In this document: piece by piece, positions 7,601-16,900 of the stretch | Position numbering within the stretch: the first letter of the stretch is position 1 | Layout: each line of letters opens with the position of its first letter | Source of the DNA: an uncultured Actinomycetota bacterium | GTDB lineage: Bacteria > Actinomycetota > Actinomycetes > Propionibacteriales > Actinopolymorphaceae | Reading direction: 5' to 3' | Length of the DNA: 24,000 bases | Assembly: GCA_963762635.1 (NCBI GenBank) | Contig: CAVXLQ010000022.1 | Location: 150,154 to 174,153 of the forward strand | Notes under the pieces: model-generated | What the model saw: the letters and a program-made list of their open reading frames with translations, nothing else | What the model was told of the DNA's origin: nothing | Database searches by the model: none | Program-made: the position numbers and the translations under genes

Positions 7601-8714
7601 CGGAAGTCACCGCCTGCGACACGGGAGTCTCCAGCCGGCGGTAGAGGTAGTACGCGGCACAGGCACCCTCACTCGACACCATCGTCGCGCCCAGCGGGTT
7701 GCGCGGCGTGCACAGCGTCCCGAACGCGGAACACTCGTGGGGCTTGATCAAACCCTGCAGCACCTCACCACTTCGGCAGACCGACGACTCCTGCGTCGTG
7801 ATGTCGGCGACGTCGAAGCGATACTCGGCGTCGTACTCCCGGTACCGCGACGACAGCTTCCACCCGCTCTGCGGAATCATCCCGATCCCACGCCACGCCC
7901 GGTCCGTCACCTCGAAGACGTCCGCCAACATCGCCTTGGCGGCCGGGTTGCCCTCCGGCGGCACCGCGCGCGAGTACGCGTTCTCGACGTAGTGTTCGCC
8001 CTTCTCCAGTTGACGAACGGTCAACCGGATGCCCTCCAGGATGTCGAGTGGCTCGAAGCCCGTCACGACGATCGGCACCTTGAAAGCCTCGGCCAGCGAC
8101 GGGTACTCCGACGTCCCCATCACGCTGCACACATGGCCCGCCGCCAGGAAGCCCTGCACCCGGCAGGACGGCGACGTCATGATCGCCTCGATGGCCGGTG
8201 GTACGCGCACATGCGACACGAGCAGGCTGAAGTTGTCGATACCCAACCGCTGTGCCTGATACACGGTCATCGCGTTCGGCGGCGCCGTCGTCTCGAAGCC
8301 GATGCCGAAGAAGACCACCTGCTTGTCGGGGTTTTCCCTTGCCAGCTTGAGTGCGTCGAGCGGTGAGTACACGACGCGTACGTCACCGCCGGCGCTCTTG
8401 ATCCGGAACAGATCCTTGTCCGACCCCGGCACCCGCAGCATGTCGCCGAACGAGCAGAACATCACGTCCGGACGCGAGGCGATCTCCATCGCCTTGTCGA
8501 TGATCTCCAACGGGGTCACGCACACCGGACACCCGGGACCGTGGATCATCTCGATCTCGTCGGGCAGCAACTGGTCGATGCCATGCCGGATGATCGAGTG
8601 CGTCTGACCGCCGCACACCTCCATCAACGCCCACGGGCGAGTCACCGTCGCCTTGATGTCGTCGACCAGTCGACCGGCCAGCTCTGGATCGCTGAACTCC
8701 TCGAGATACTTCAC
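7593..8714 (-). CDS. hypD: Hydrogenase maturation protein HypD ([4Fe-4S] scaffold)
   Basis: Motifs [16 protein letters not shown] and GFETTAP, plus the C-terminal Cys cluster CRSGEV...[12 protein letters not shown]...GACAAYY. The likely start is GTG at 8714 ([11 protein letters not shown]), which forms a GTGA overlap with the hypC stop. The track ORF extends to 8786. Confidence 0.92.
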   Translation of the reverse strand: MKYLEEFSDPELAGRLVDDIKATVTRPWALMEVCGGQTHSIIRHGIDQLLPDEIEMIHGPGCPVCVTPLEIIDKAMEIASRPDVMFCSFGDMLRVPGSDKDLFRIKSAGGDVRVVYSPLDALKLARENPDKQVVFFGIGFETTAPPNAMTVYQAQRLGIDNFSLLVSHVRVPPAIEAIMTSPSCRVQGFLAAGHVCSVMGTSEYPSLAEAFKVPIVVTGFEPLDILEGIRLTVRQLEKGEHYVENAYSRAVPPEGNPAAKAMLADVFEVTDRAWRGIGMIPQSGWKLSSRYREYDAEYRFDVADITTQESSVCRSGEVLQGLIKPHECSAFGTLCTPRNPLGATMVSSEGACAAYYLYRRLETPVSQAVTSVG

Positions 8715-9031
8715 GTCGTCGCCTCCTTCGTGTCCCCCGTACCGGCGGGGCGGGGGAGTCCGGCATCGGCGGCCGCCCGTCCCCACGCGTCGCCGAACTC
8801 CAGCTCGAGCTCGCCCATCGCACGGAAGTTGGCGAGTGTCTGCAGTGCCGACTCCTCGTCCAACCGCTGCAACGCGAACCCCACATGGACGATCGTGTAG
8901 TCACCTACCTCGATGTCCGGTACGTATTGCAAACACACGTCCTTCAACACGCCGCCGAAGTCGACGGTGGCCATCAACGTGTCGTCCTGCTCCCTGATGT
9001 CGAGCACCTTTCCCGGCACGGCCAGGCACAT
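8711..9031 (-). CDS. hypC: Hydrogenase maturation chaperone HypC/HupF family
   Basis: Canonical N-terminus [12 protein letters not shown] and [22 protein letters not shown] strong GGAAGGAGAGG Shine-Dalgarno lies in the hypF 3' end, about 10 nt upstream. The C-terminal tail is about 30 aa longer than typical HypC. Confidence 0.9.
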   Translation of the reverse strand: MCLAVPGKVLDIREQDDTLMATVDFGGVLKDVCLQYVPDIEVGDYTIVHVGFALQRLDEESALQTLANFRAMGELELEFGDAWGRAAADAGLPRPAGTGDTKEATT

Positions 9032-9037
9032 CTGGTC

Positions 9038-11371
9038 TCACCTCTCCTTCCGTCGAGCGGCGATGACGAGCTGTCCCAAAGCCAGCCCCGCGTCGCTTGG
9101 TGGCACCTTGACCGGCCGCAGCACGGTGAACCCGGCGGCACCGAGCCGTCGCGCGCACCCCGCTACCAACAACCTGTTGAGAAACACCCCACCAGACAAG
9201 GCGATCGTGGACAGTCCTGTTCGTTGTTTGAGCAGCAGCGCTAGGTCGCGGACCGCGTCGACCACACCACGGTGGAACCTCGCCCCGATGACTCCGGCGA
9301 GCACCCCGGCTCGCGCGTCGCGGACGACGCTGGCGAGCACCGGCGCGGGGTCGAGCGTGTACGGATCGCCGTCGACGACGCGGAACTCGTACGGGCGACC
9401 GCAGGTCTCCATGTAGTCGAGCGAACGGCCTTCCAGCTCGATCGCCGCCTGTGCCTCGTACCCGACCCGCTGGCATACGCCGGCGAGGGACGCGACGGCA
9501 TCGAACAGCCTGCCCATGCTGGAGGTCGGCACGCAGGCGATGCCTCGCTCCAGCTGGCGATCGAGCAGCGCGAGCTCCCTCGGCGAGCACGCGGCGACGC
9601 TGGGGATGTCCGGCGACCAGGCGATGCCGGCCTGCCGCAGATGCGACAGCGCCATCCGGCAGGGGTTGCGTACGCCGGCGTCCCCACCGGGCAGCGCGAC
9701 GTACGCCAGGTGCGCGGCACGCTCGTAGCCGTCGTAGTCGGCGACGAGCACCTCGCCACCCCAGACGGCGCCGTCGTCGCCGAATCCCGTTCCGTCAAAG
9801 GCGAAACCGATCACCTTCTCGCCGTCGGGAATCCCGTGCTCGGCCATCGACGACGCGATGTGCGCGTGGTGATGCTGGACGCTAACGACCTCGCGACCGT
9901 CGGCGTTCCGCGTCGCCCACTGGCCGCAGCGGTAGAGCGGGTGCTTGTCGGTGATCAGCAGCTCGGGACGGACCCCGGTGAGCGCCTCCAGATGCGTCGT
10001 CGCCCGCTCGAACGCCTCAATGGTCGCGAGGTCGTCCATGTCGCCGACATGTGCCGACAGCCAGGCATAGCGATCCTCGCCCACGCAGAACGTGTTCTTC
10101 AGGTCCCCGCCAGTCGCGAGCGCGGGCCGTACGGGCACCGGCAACGACACCGGGAACGGTGCATACCCGCGCGACCGCCGGACGGGCAGTTCGATGCCAT
10201 CCACCACTCGAACGACCGAGTCGTCGCAAGGAACGTGGATCGGCCGGTCGTGTCCGAGCCAGCCATCCACCAACGAGGCAAGGCGATTCTCGGCCATGGC
10301 ATCGTCGATGACGATCGGCTCACCGGACAGGTTGCCGCTCGTCATCACCAGAACGTCGGGACCATGGACATCTCCCGGCAGGCCGAACAACAGCCGATGC
10401 AGAGGCGTGTACGGGAGCATGACCCCGACGTCGGGGTTGTCTGGGGCGACTGAATCGGCAAGCCTGGAAGGAATCCTGCCGGCCTTGCGACGGCGAAGCA
10501 GGACGATCGGGCGGCGGATGTCGGTGAGCAGCTTCTCCTCGGCGTCGTCGAAGCGAACGTAGCGTCGCGCGGCGTCCAGGCTCGCGGCCATCACCGCGAA
10601 CGGCTTGTCCCCGCGGTCCTTGCGTTTGCGTAGTGTCGCGACGGCGTCGGGACTGGTCGCGTCGCACGCCAGGTGGTAGCCGCCGAGCCCCTTGACCGCG
10701 ACGATGCCTCCGACGGCGAGCAGTCGGCGCGCCTTGACGAGGGCCTCGGCATCGGCGAGATCGTCATGCCCGGGTTGACGCCACCACAGCCGCGGCCCAC
10801 ACCGCGGGCACGAGATCGGCTGCGCGTGGAAACGCCGGTCGAACGGCTCGTCGTACTCCCGCGAACACCTTGCACACATGGGGAAATCGGCCATCGTCGT
10901 GGTCGCGCGGTCGTACGGAAGATCGACGATGATCGTGAACCGCGGACCGCAGTTCGTGCAGGTGATGAACGGATGCCGGTAGCGCCGGTCCTTGGGATCG
11001 GCGAGCTCGCGGGCGCAGTCGCCGCACATGGCGACGTCGGGGGAGACGAGTGTTCGGCCGTCGCCGCTCGAGGAGTTCTGGATGACGAACTCGGTGCCGC
11101 CGCGCGACACGAGCGGTCGGCTGCGGACCGCGTCGACGACGGCGAGCGGGGGAGCGTCGGCCCGTACGCGAACGCAGAACGTCGTGACCGCGTCCGGTGC
11201 GCCCTCGACCTCGATCTGGACACCGGCCGTGTCGTTCCCCACCCAACCACTGAGCCCGAGCTCGCGCGCGAGGGCGTACACAAAGGGTCGAAATCCGACG
11301 CCTTGGACGACCCCAGTCACAACGACGCGACGTCGATCGCGGCCACGTTCACCGGCGGTTGACGCACGCAT
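9038..11371 (-). CDS. hypF: Carbamoyltransferase HypF
   Basis: 777 aa. Acylphosphatase domain (VTGVVQGVGFRPFVY). Two Zn-finger pairs (CGDCARELADPKDRRYRHPFITCTNCGPRFT and CARCSREYDEPFDRRFHAQPISCPRCGPRL). YrdC-like region (VAVKGLGGYHLACDA) and a Kae1/carbamoyltransferase-like C-terminal half. Confidence 0.93.
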   Translation of the reverse strand: MRASTAGERGRDRRRVVVTGVVQGVGFRPFVYALARELGLSGWVGNDTAGVQIEVEGAPDAVTTFCVRVRADAPPLAVVDAVRSRPLVSRGGTEFVIQNSSSGDGRTLVSPDVAMCGDCARELADPKDRRYRHPFITCTNCGPRFTIIVDLPYDRATTTMADFPMCARCSREYDEPFDRRFHAQPISCPRCGPRLWWRQPGHDDLADAEALVKARRLLAVGGIVAVKGLGGYHLACDATSPDAVATLRKRKDRGDKPFAVMAASLDAARRYVRFDDAEEKLLTDIRRPIVLLRRRKAGRIPSRLADSVAPDNPDVGVMLPYTPLHRLLFGLPGDVHGPDVLVMTSGNLSGEPIVIDDAMAENRLASLVDGWLGHDRPIHVPCDDSVVRVVDGIELPVRRSRGYAPFPVSLPVPVRPALATGGDLKNTFCVGEDRYAWLSAHVGDMDDLATIEAFERATTHLEALTGVRPELLITDKHPLYRCGQWATRNADGREVVSVQHHHAHIASSMAEHGIPDGEKVIGFAFDGTGFGDDGAVWGGEVLVADYDGYERAAHLAYVALPGGDAGVRNPCRMALSHLRQAGIAWSPDIPSVAACSPRELALLDRQLERGIACVPTSSMGRLFDAVASLAGVCQRVGYEAQAAIELEGRSLDYMETCGRPYEFRVVDGDPYTLDPAPVLASVVRDARAGVLAGVIGARFHRGVVDAVRDLALLLKQRTGLSTIALSGGVFLNRLLVAGCARRLGAAGFTVLRPVKVPPSDAGLALGQLVIAARRKER

Positions 11372-11565
11372 GGCTACACCGCCCCCAGACGGCGTGCAGA
11401 GTCATCGCGCAGAGTCCGCGGCACCGCCATTGTCTGATTCGGTTACTCGGAGATTACTCCCGGCCATCGTTCGGGATTGCCCTTATGGGGCTGGGAAAAG
11501 TCCAGGATTTCAGGACCAAGGTCAGGCTCGCCTAAGTCACTTGTCGGCAGGCTTACGATGAGCGG
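11372..11565. promoter_or_regulatory. Divergent hypF / DUF6390 intergenic control region
   Basis: 194 bp, visibly less GC-rich than the flanks. Direct repeats GCAGAGTC (11397-11404, 11409-11416) and TTACTC x2 (11443-11459), and a CCAGGA/TCAGGA/TCAGG series (11501-11527). A -10-like TACGAT at 11554-11559 ends 6 nt before the GTG at 11566, with no usable Shine-Dalgarno, so the transcript may be leaderless. Confidence 0.4.
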
Positions 11566-12306
11566 GTGCGCGATGCTCAGGTGACCGGTTCGGTGCTGTT
11601 CGCACGCTATGCCTACGCACCCAACGAGCTCGGATACTGCGGTCCTTCGAACGACGGCGCGGTGTTCGAGTACGGCGTCACCGGCGACGGCTCGCACGGC
11701 GAGTTGGCGAAGGAGTTCACCGGCGCGTGGCCATACCTGCAGCTCATCGCGGCGGCGACCGGTCTCGATCCGTTCAGCCGCGAGGTCGTGGAGGCGTACT
11801 GGATCGGAGCGCCGTTGCTCGAGGGCATCAGCGTGCGCGCCTTGGACGGTTCGCTCGACGAACGGCTGCGTCAGCTCGTCGTCGGACAGCTCGGCATCGC
11901 GTCCCGCGGCGCGGAGCTCGGCGGCATTCCACACCATTCGTTCCATGTGTTCTGCGTGTACCCGTGGGCCGGTCTGTTGCCGCCGGTGGCCGGGCCGAGT
12001 CCGGCGTTGAACGTGCTCGACCGCTGCCGGATCCGCTGGGGCCGCGTGCTCGAAGCCGCGGACGGTCAGGTGACCGTGTCGTCGGAGCTGTTGACGTGGG
12101 ACGGCCGGCGGTTGTCGCTGGGCGCGCCGGTGACGGAGGTCGCCAAGTACGCGGTCGCTGGGCGCGGCTTCCGCACGGACCTGGTGCCCGGCGAGTGGGT
12201 CGCGCTGCACTGGGACTGGGTGTGCGAACGCCTCTCGACCGACCAGCTGCGCGCGCTGCGGGAGTACAGCGCGCGCAACCTGGCGATCGTGAACGCGTCC
12301 CTCTAG
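11566..12306 (+). CDS. DUF6390-like protein of unknown function; the C-terminal third resembles HypC
   Basis: 246 aa with good GC3 bias. N-terminal FARYAYAPNELGYCGP motif. Cys at residues 25, 130, 154 and 220. The C-terminal LDRCRIRWGRVLEA...VPGEWVALHWDWVCERLSTDQL parallels Hyp[13 protein letters not shown]...[21 protein letters not shown]. The family name is from memory of the motif and is unverified. Confidence 0.7.
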   Translation: MRDAQVTGSVLFARYAYAPNELGYCGPSNDGAVFEYGVTGDGSHGELAKEFTGAWPYLQLIAAATGLDPFSREVVEAYWIGAPLLEGISVRALDGSLDERLRQLVVGQLGIASRGAELGGIPHHSFHVFCVYPWAGLLPPVAGPSPALNVLDRCRIRWGRVLEAADGQVTVSSELLTWDGRRLSLGAPVTEVAKYAVAGRGFRTDLVPGEWVALHWDWVCERLSTDQLRALREYSARNLAIVNASL

Positions 12307-12848
12307 ATCTCGTTCACCCAGGCATGGCCCGGATGCACCTGCTCCAACGTCGTGCGGAGCCAGGACCGCCGGTCGGGCTCGAGCAGCGGCAGCGTGACGG
12401 CGAGGTCCTCGCGGTCCTTCGGGCGATCGAGATGCGCCTTCAGCAGCAGCGTGACCTCGGGGCGTTGGTACGTGATCCCGTCCCGCTCCATCAGCACCGA
12501 CTCCAGCGGCAGGCGGACGGAGTGGTCCCGGATGCACATCCAGGTCGAGCCCTCGTGCGGCGTCAACAGTAGATCGAACAGCCAGGGACTCGCCCCGTCA
12601 CGACGCACCCAGAGCTGCCGGCACTCATCGGGCAGCTCGGACGCCGACCGCAGCGGCCGGAGGGTCCCGCCCAGGTTCGTCCACACGCACAGCGAAGACC
12701 CCACGTGGGAGAGCAGGCCACCCAGGTCAGACCGCAGGACCGAGACGTCGGTGTCCTCGTGCTCGCGCGCCACCCCCGTGAACGCCTCGATCGTCCAGCC
12801 TCCGACGATCCACCACCGCACGGGCAGCCCAGCCAACAGCGACGCCAC
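12303..12848 (-). CDS. Nucleotidyltransferase-fold protein (ANT(2'')/Lnu-like), possibly frameshifted at its 5' end
   Basis: WWIVGGWTIEAFTGVAREHEDTDVSV fits the GG...DxD NTase signature. The GTG start at 12848 leaves an unusually short N-terminus. A GC3-rich frame from TTG 12909 to about 12850 looks like the missing N-terminus in another frame. Confidence 0.6.
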   Translation of the reverse strand: MASLLAGLPVRWWIVGGWTIEAFTGVAREHEDTDVSVLRSDLGGLLSHVGSSLCVWTNLGGTLRPLRSASELPDECRQLWVRRDGASPWLFDLLLTPHEGSTWMCIRDHSVRLPLESVLMERDGITYQRPEVTLLLKAHLDRPKDREDLAVTLPLLEPDRRSWLRTTLEQVHPGHAWVNEI

Positions 12849-12918
12849 ACCCGAAGGCGGAGGCGGTGTCCACGGGCCGTACCAGCGAGTAGAACTCCGC
12901 GTCGTCCAAGAGAAGAGC

Positions 12919-13766
12919 TCAGCTCTCGGGCCGCTGCCGCTTCAGGTACCGCTCGAACTCCCGCGCGATCGCCTCGCCCGTCGCCTCCGGCAGGTCGGCC
13001 GCGTCGCGCGCCTCCTCCAGCGAACGGACGTACTCCGCCACCTCGGAGTCGTCCCGCGCCAGGTCGTCCACGCCGCGCTCCCAGGCGCGTGCCTCCTCGG
13101 GCAGCTCACCGAGCGGCACCGACAGGTCGAGCAGGTCCTCCAACTGCCGCAGCAGCGCCAGCGTCGCCTTCGGGTTCGGCGGCTGACCGACGTAGTGCGG
13201 TACGGCGGCCCACAGCGACACGGCCGGCAGCCCGCGCTGCTGGCAGGCGTCCTGCAGCACGCCGAGCACACCGGTCGGGCCCTCGTACTTGGAAGCCTCG
13301 AGCCCGAGCGCCTTCGCCAGCTCCGGGTCCGTCGCCGACGACGTCACCGGGATCGGCCGGCTGTGCGGCGAGTCCGCGAGCAACGCTCCGAGCAGAACGG
13401 CCATCCGCACCTTGTACCGCGACGACTCGGAGAGGATCTCCGCACAGAACTGCCGCCAGCGCATGTTCGGCTCGATGCCACGGACCAGCACCACGTCTCG
13501 GGGCGCGGCCGGACGCCGTGCGATCAGGACCCGGCTCGTCGGCCAGGTGATCGAGCGGACGCCGTCCTCCTCCATCGACACGGTGGGGCGGTTGACCTGG
13601 AAGTCGTAGTAGTCGTCGGGGTCGATCTCGGCGACCGGTTTGGCCTCCCAGGCGTCCACCAGGTGGTCGAGGGCCGCACTAGCGGCGTCCGCGGCGTCGT
13701 TCCAGCCCTCAAAGGCTGCGATGAGCACCGGGTCCTCGAGCTCTGGCGAACCCTCGAGTTCGGCCA
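12919..13766 (-). CDS. PAC2 (proteasome assembly chaperone 2-like) family protein
   Basis: PVLIAAFEGWNDAADAASAALDHL...DYYDFQVNRP...RGIEPNMRW is typical of actinobacterial PAC2 proteins. I prefer the GTG at 13766, which has a GGAAGGGGA Shine-Dalgarno 7 nt upstream. The codons between 13845 (track start) and 13767 have poor GC3. Confidence 0.8.
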
Positions 13767-13969
13767 CGTGATCGTCCCCTTCCACTGCCTCGGCCCCGCG
13801 GAGAGCGGGGACCGCTCCGCTCAGCCTACGTGCCCCTCCCCACATCAGCGCACGAACCGGGCCGACCAGCCCCTGGGACAGTCATCTCGCGTACCAAGAC
13901 TGGCGTCCAATAGTCGGACACGCTCGGTACGCTGAACGCTTGTCGCACGTCCGCGAGGGGAGAACCATC

Positions 13970-16900
13970 GTGCCTGCCACTGCTGCCGAACTCCGTCGGG
14001 CGCTCTCTGAGCGCGTCGTCGTGGCGGACGGCGCGATGGGCACCATGTTGCAGGCGTACGACCTCGGCCTCGACGACTTCGAGGGCCACGAGGGCTGCAA
14101 CGAGATCCTGAACGTCACCCGCCCCGACGTCGTGAAGGCCATCCACCGCGCCTACTTCGACGTCGGCGTCGACCTGGTCGAAACCAACACGTTCGGTGCC
14201 AACCTCGCGAACCTGGGCGAGTACGGCATCACCGACCGCATCTACGAGCTCTCGGTCTCCGGCGCCCGCCTCGCCCGGGAGGTCGCCGACGAGTACGGCA
14301 AATGGGCGCTCGGCTCGATCGGGCCCGGGACGAAGCTGCCGACGCTCGGCCACGTCCCGTTCGCCACGCTGCGCGACGCGTACCAGGAAGAGGTCCGCGG
14401 CCTCATCGACGGGGGAGTCCACGCGGTCATCGTCGAGACCGCGCAGGACCTGCTCCAGGCCAAGGCCGCCGTGGTCGGCGCCAAGCGCGCGATCAAGGAG
14501 GCCGACGAGGAGATCACGCTGATCGTCTCGGTCACCGTCGAGACCACCGGCACCCTGCTGCTCGGCAGCGAGATCGGCGCCGCGCTCACGGCGCTGGAGC
14601 CGATCGGCATCGACCTGATCGGCCTCAACTGCGCGACCGGGCCGGCCGAGATGAGCGAGCACCTGCGCTACCTCGCCAAGCACGCGCGCGTCCCGCTGTC
14701 CTGCATGCCCAATGCCGGCCTGCCCGAGCTCACCAGCGACGGCGCCAGCTACCCGCTCACCCCGCGGGAGCTGGCCGACGCGCACGACCACTTCACCCGC
14801 GACTACGGCCTCAGCCTCGTCGGCGGTTGTTGCGGAACGACGCCCGAGCACCTGCGGCTCGTCGTCGAACGTGTGGGCGGCCGCGAGATCACCCGCCGCC
14901 GGCCGCGGCACGAGCCGGGGACGTCGAGCCTCTACCAGCACGTGCCGTTCCGGCAGGACATCTCGTACCTGGCGATCGGCGAACGCACGAACGCCAACGG
15001 CAGCAAGGCCTTCCGCGAGGCGATGATCGCCGGCCGCTGGGACGACTGCGTCGACATCGCCCGCGCGCAGATCCGCGACGGCTCGCACGTCCTCGACCTG
15101 TGTGTCGACTACGTCGGCCGCGACGGCGTCGCCGACATGCGCGAGGCGGCCGCCCGGCTCGCGACCGCGAGCACGTTGCCGATCATGCTCGACTCGACCG
15201 AGCCGCCGGTGATCGAAGCCGGGCTGGAGATGTTCGGCGGCCGGTGCACGATCAACTCGGTCAACTTCGAGGACGGTGAGGGACCGGAGAGCCGCTTCGG
15301 GCAGGTGATGCCGATCGTGCGCGAGCACGGCGCCGCGGTCGTCGCGTTGACGATCGACGAGGAGGGCCAGGCGCGTACGGCCGACACCAAGGTCGCGATC
15401 GCCCACCGGCTCATCGAGACACTGACCGGGCAGTGGGGGATGGACGAGAGCGACATCCTCGTCGACACCCTCACGTTCACGCTCGCCACCGGGCAGGAGG
15501 AGAGCCGGCGCGACGGCATCGAGACGATCGAGGCGATCCGCAAGCTCAAGCAGGAGCACCCGAACGTCCAGACCGTGCTCGGCCTGTCGAACATCTCGTT
15601 CGGCCTCAACCCCGCGGCTCGGCAGGTGCTGAACTCGGTGTTCCTCGCCGAGTGTGTGAAGGCCGGCCTCGACTCGGCGATCGTGCACGCCAGCAAGATC
15701 CTGCCGATCTCGCGCATCCCCGACGAGCAGCGACAGGTCGCGCTCGACCTCGTCTACGACCGCCGGCGCGAGGGGTACGACCCGCTGCAGGAGCTGCTCG
15801 AGATCTTCGCCGACGTGAAGACGTCCGACACGAAGGCCTCGCGTCAACAGGAGCTTGCCGCGCTCCCGTTGGGCGAACGTCTGCGCCGCCGCATCATCGA
15901 CGGCGAGGGGAACGGGCTCGAGGCCGACCTGTCCGAGGCGTTGGGGAACGGACGCCCCGCGCTCGACATCGTCAACGACGACCTGCTCGACGGCATGAAG
16001 ACCGTCGGCGAGCTGTTCGGTCGCGGCGAGATGCAGCTGCCGTTCGTTCTGCAGAGCGCCGAGGTGATGAAGACCGCGGTCGCGTTCCTCGAACCCCACA
16101 TGGAGAAAACCGACGACGACGGCAAGGGCACGATCGTGCTCGCGACCGTCAAGGGCGACGTGCACGACATCGGCAAGAACCTCGTCGACATCATCCTCAG
16201 CAACAACGGCTACAACGTCGTCAATCTCGGCATCAAGCAGCCGATCAACCACATCCTCGAGGCGGCCGAGCAGCACCGTGCGGACGCGATCGGGATGTCC
16301 GGTCTGCTGGTGAAGAGCACCGTGGTGATGAAGGAGAACCTCGAGGAGATCAACGTCCGCGGCACGGCGGGGCGCTTCCCGGTGCTGCTCGGCGGCGCGG
16401 CGCTGACGCGGGCGTACGTCGAGGAGGATCTCGCGCGGGTGTACGACGGCGAGGTGCGGTACGCGCGGGACGCGTTCGAGGGCTTGCGGCTGATGGACGC
16501 GGTGATGAACGTGAAGCGCGGTGTGCCGGGCGCGGCCCTGCCGGAGCTGCGGCAGCGGCGCGTACGGACGTCGCAGCTGCGCGAGACGCCGGCCGAAGCC
16601 ATGCCGTCGCGGTCCGACGTGGCTGTCGACAATCCCGTGCCCACGCCGCCGTTCTGGGGCGACCGGGTGGTGAAGGGCATCCCGCTCGCCGACTACGCGT
16701 CGATGCTGGACGAGCGTGCGACGTTCATGGGCCAGTGGGGCCTGCGCGCCGCGCGCGGCGCGGACGGACCCTCGTACGAGGAGCTCGTCGAGACCGAGGG
16801 CCGGCCGCGGCTGCGGGCGCTGCTCGACCGGATGCAGACCGAGAACCTGCTGCAGTCCGGCGTCGTCTACGGCTACTTCCCGTGCGTGAGCAAGGGCGAC

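Noticed and set aside
13767-13969. A cobalamin or SAM riboswitch upstream of metH
   Set aside because: I read the 200-nt leader on the plus strand and found only a small CCCCGC-ggaga-GCGGGG hairpin (13792-13808). I could not recognise a B12-box-like or SAM-I core sequence. B12 riboswitches normally control metE rather than metH. A covariance-model scan would be needed to be certain.
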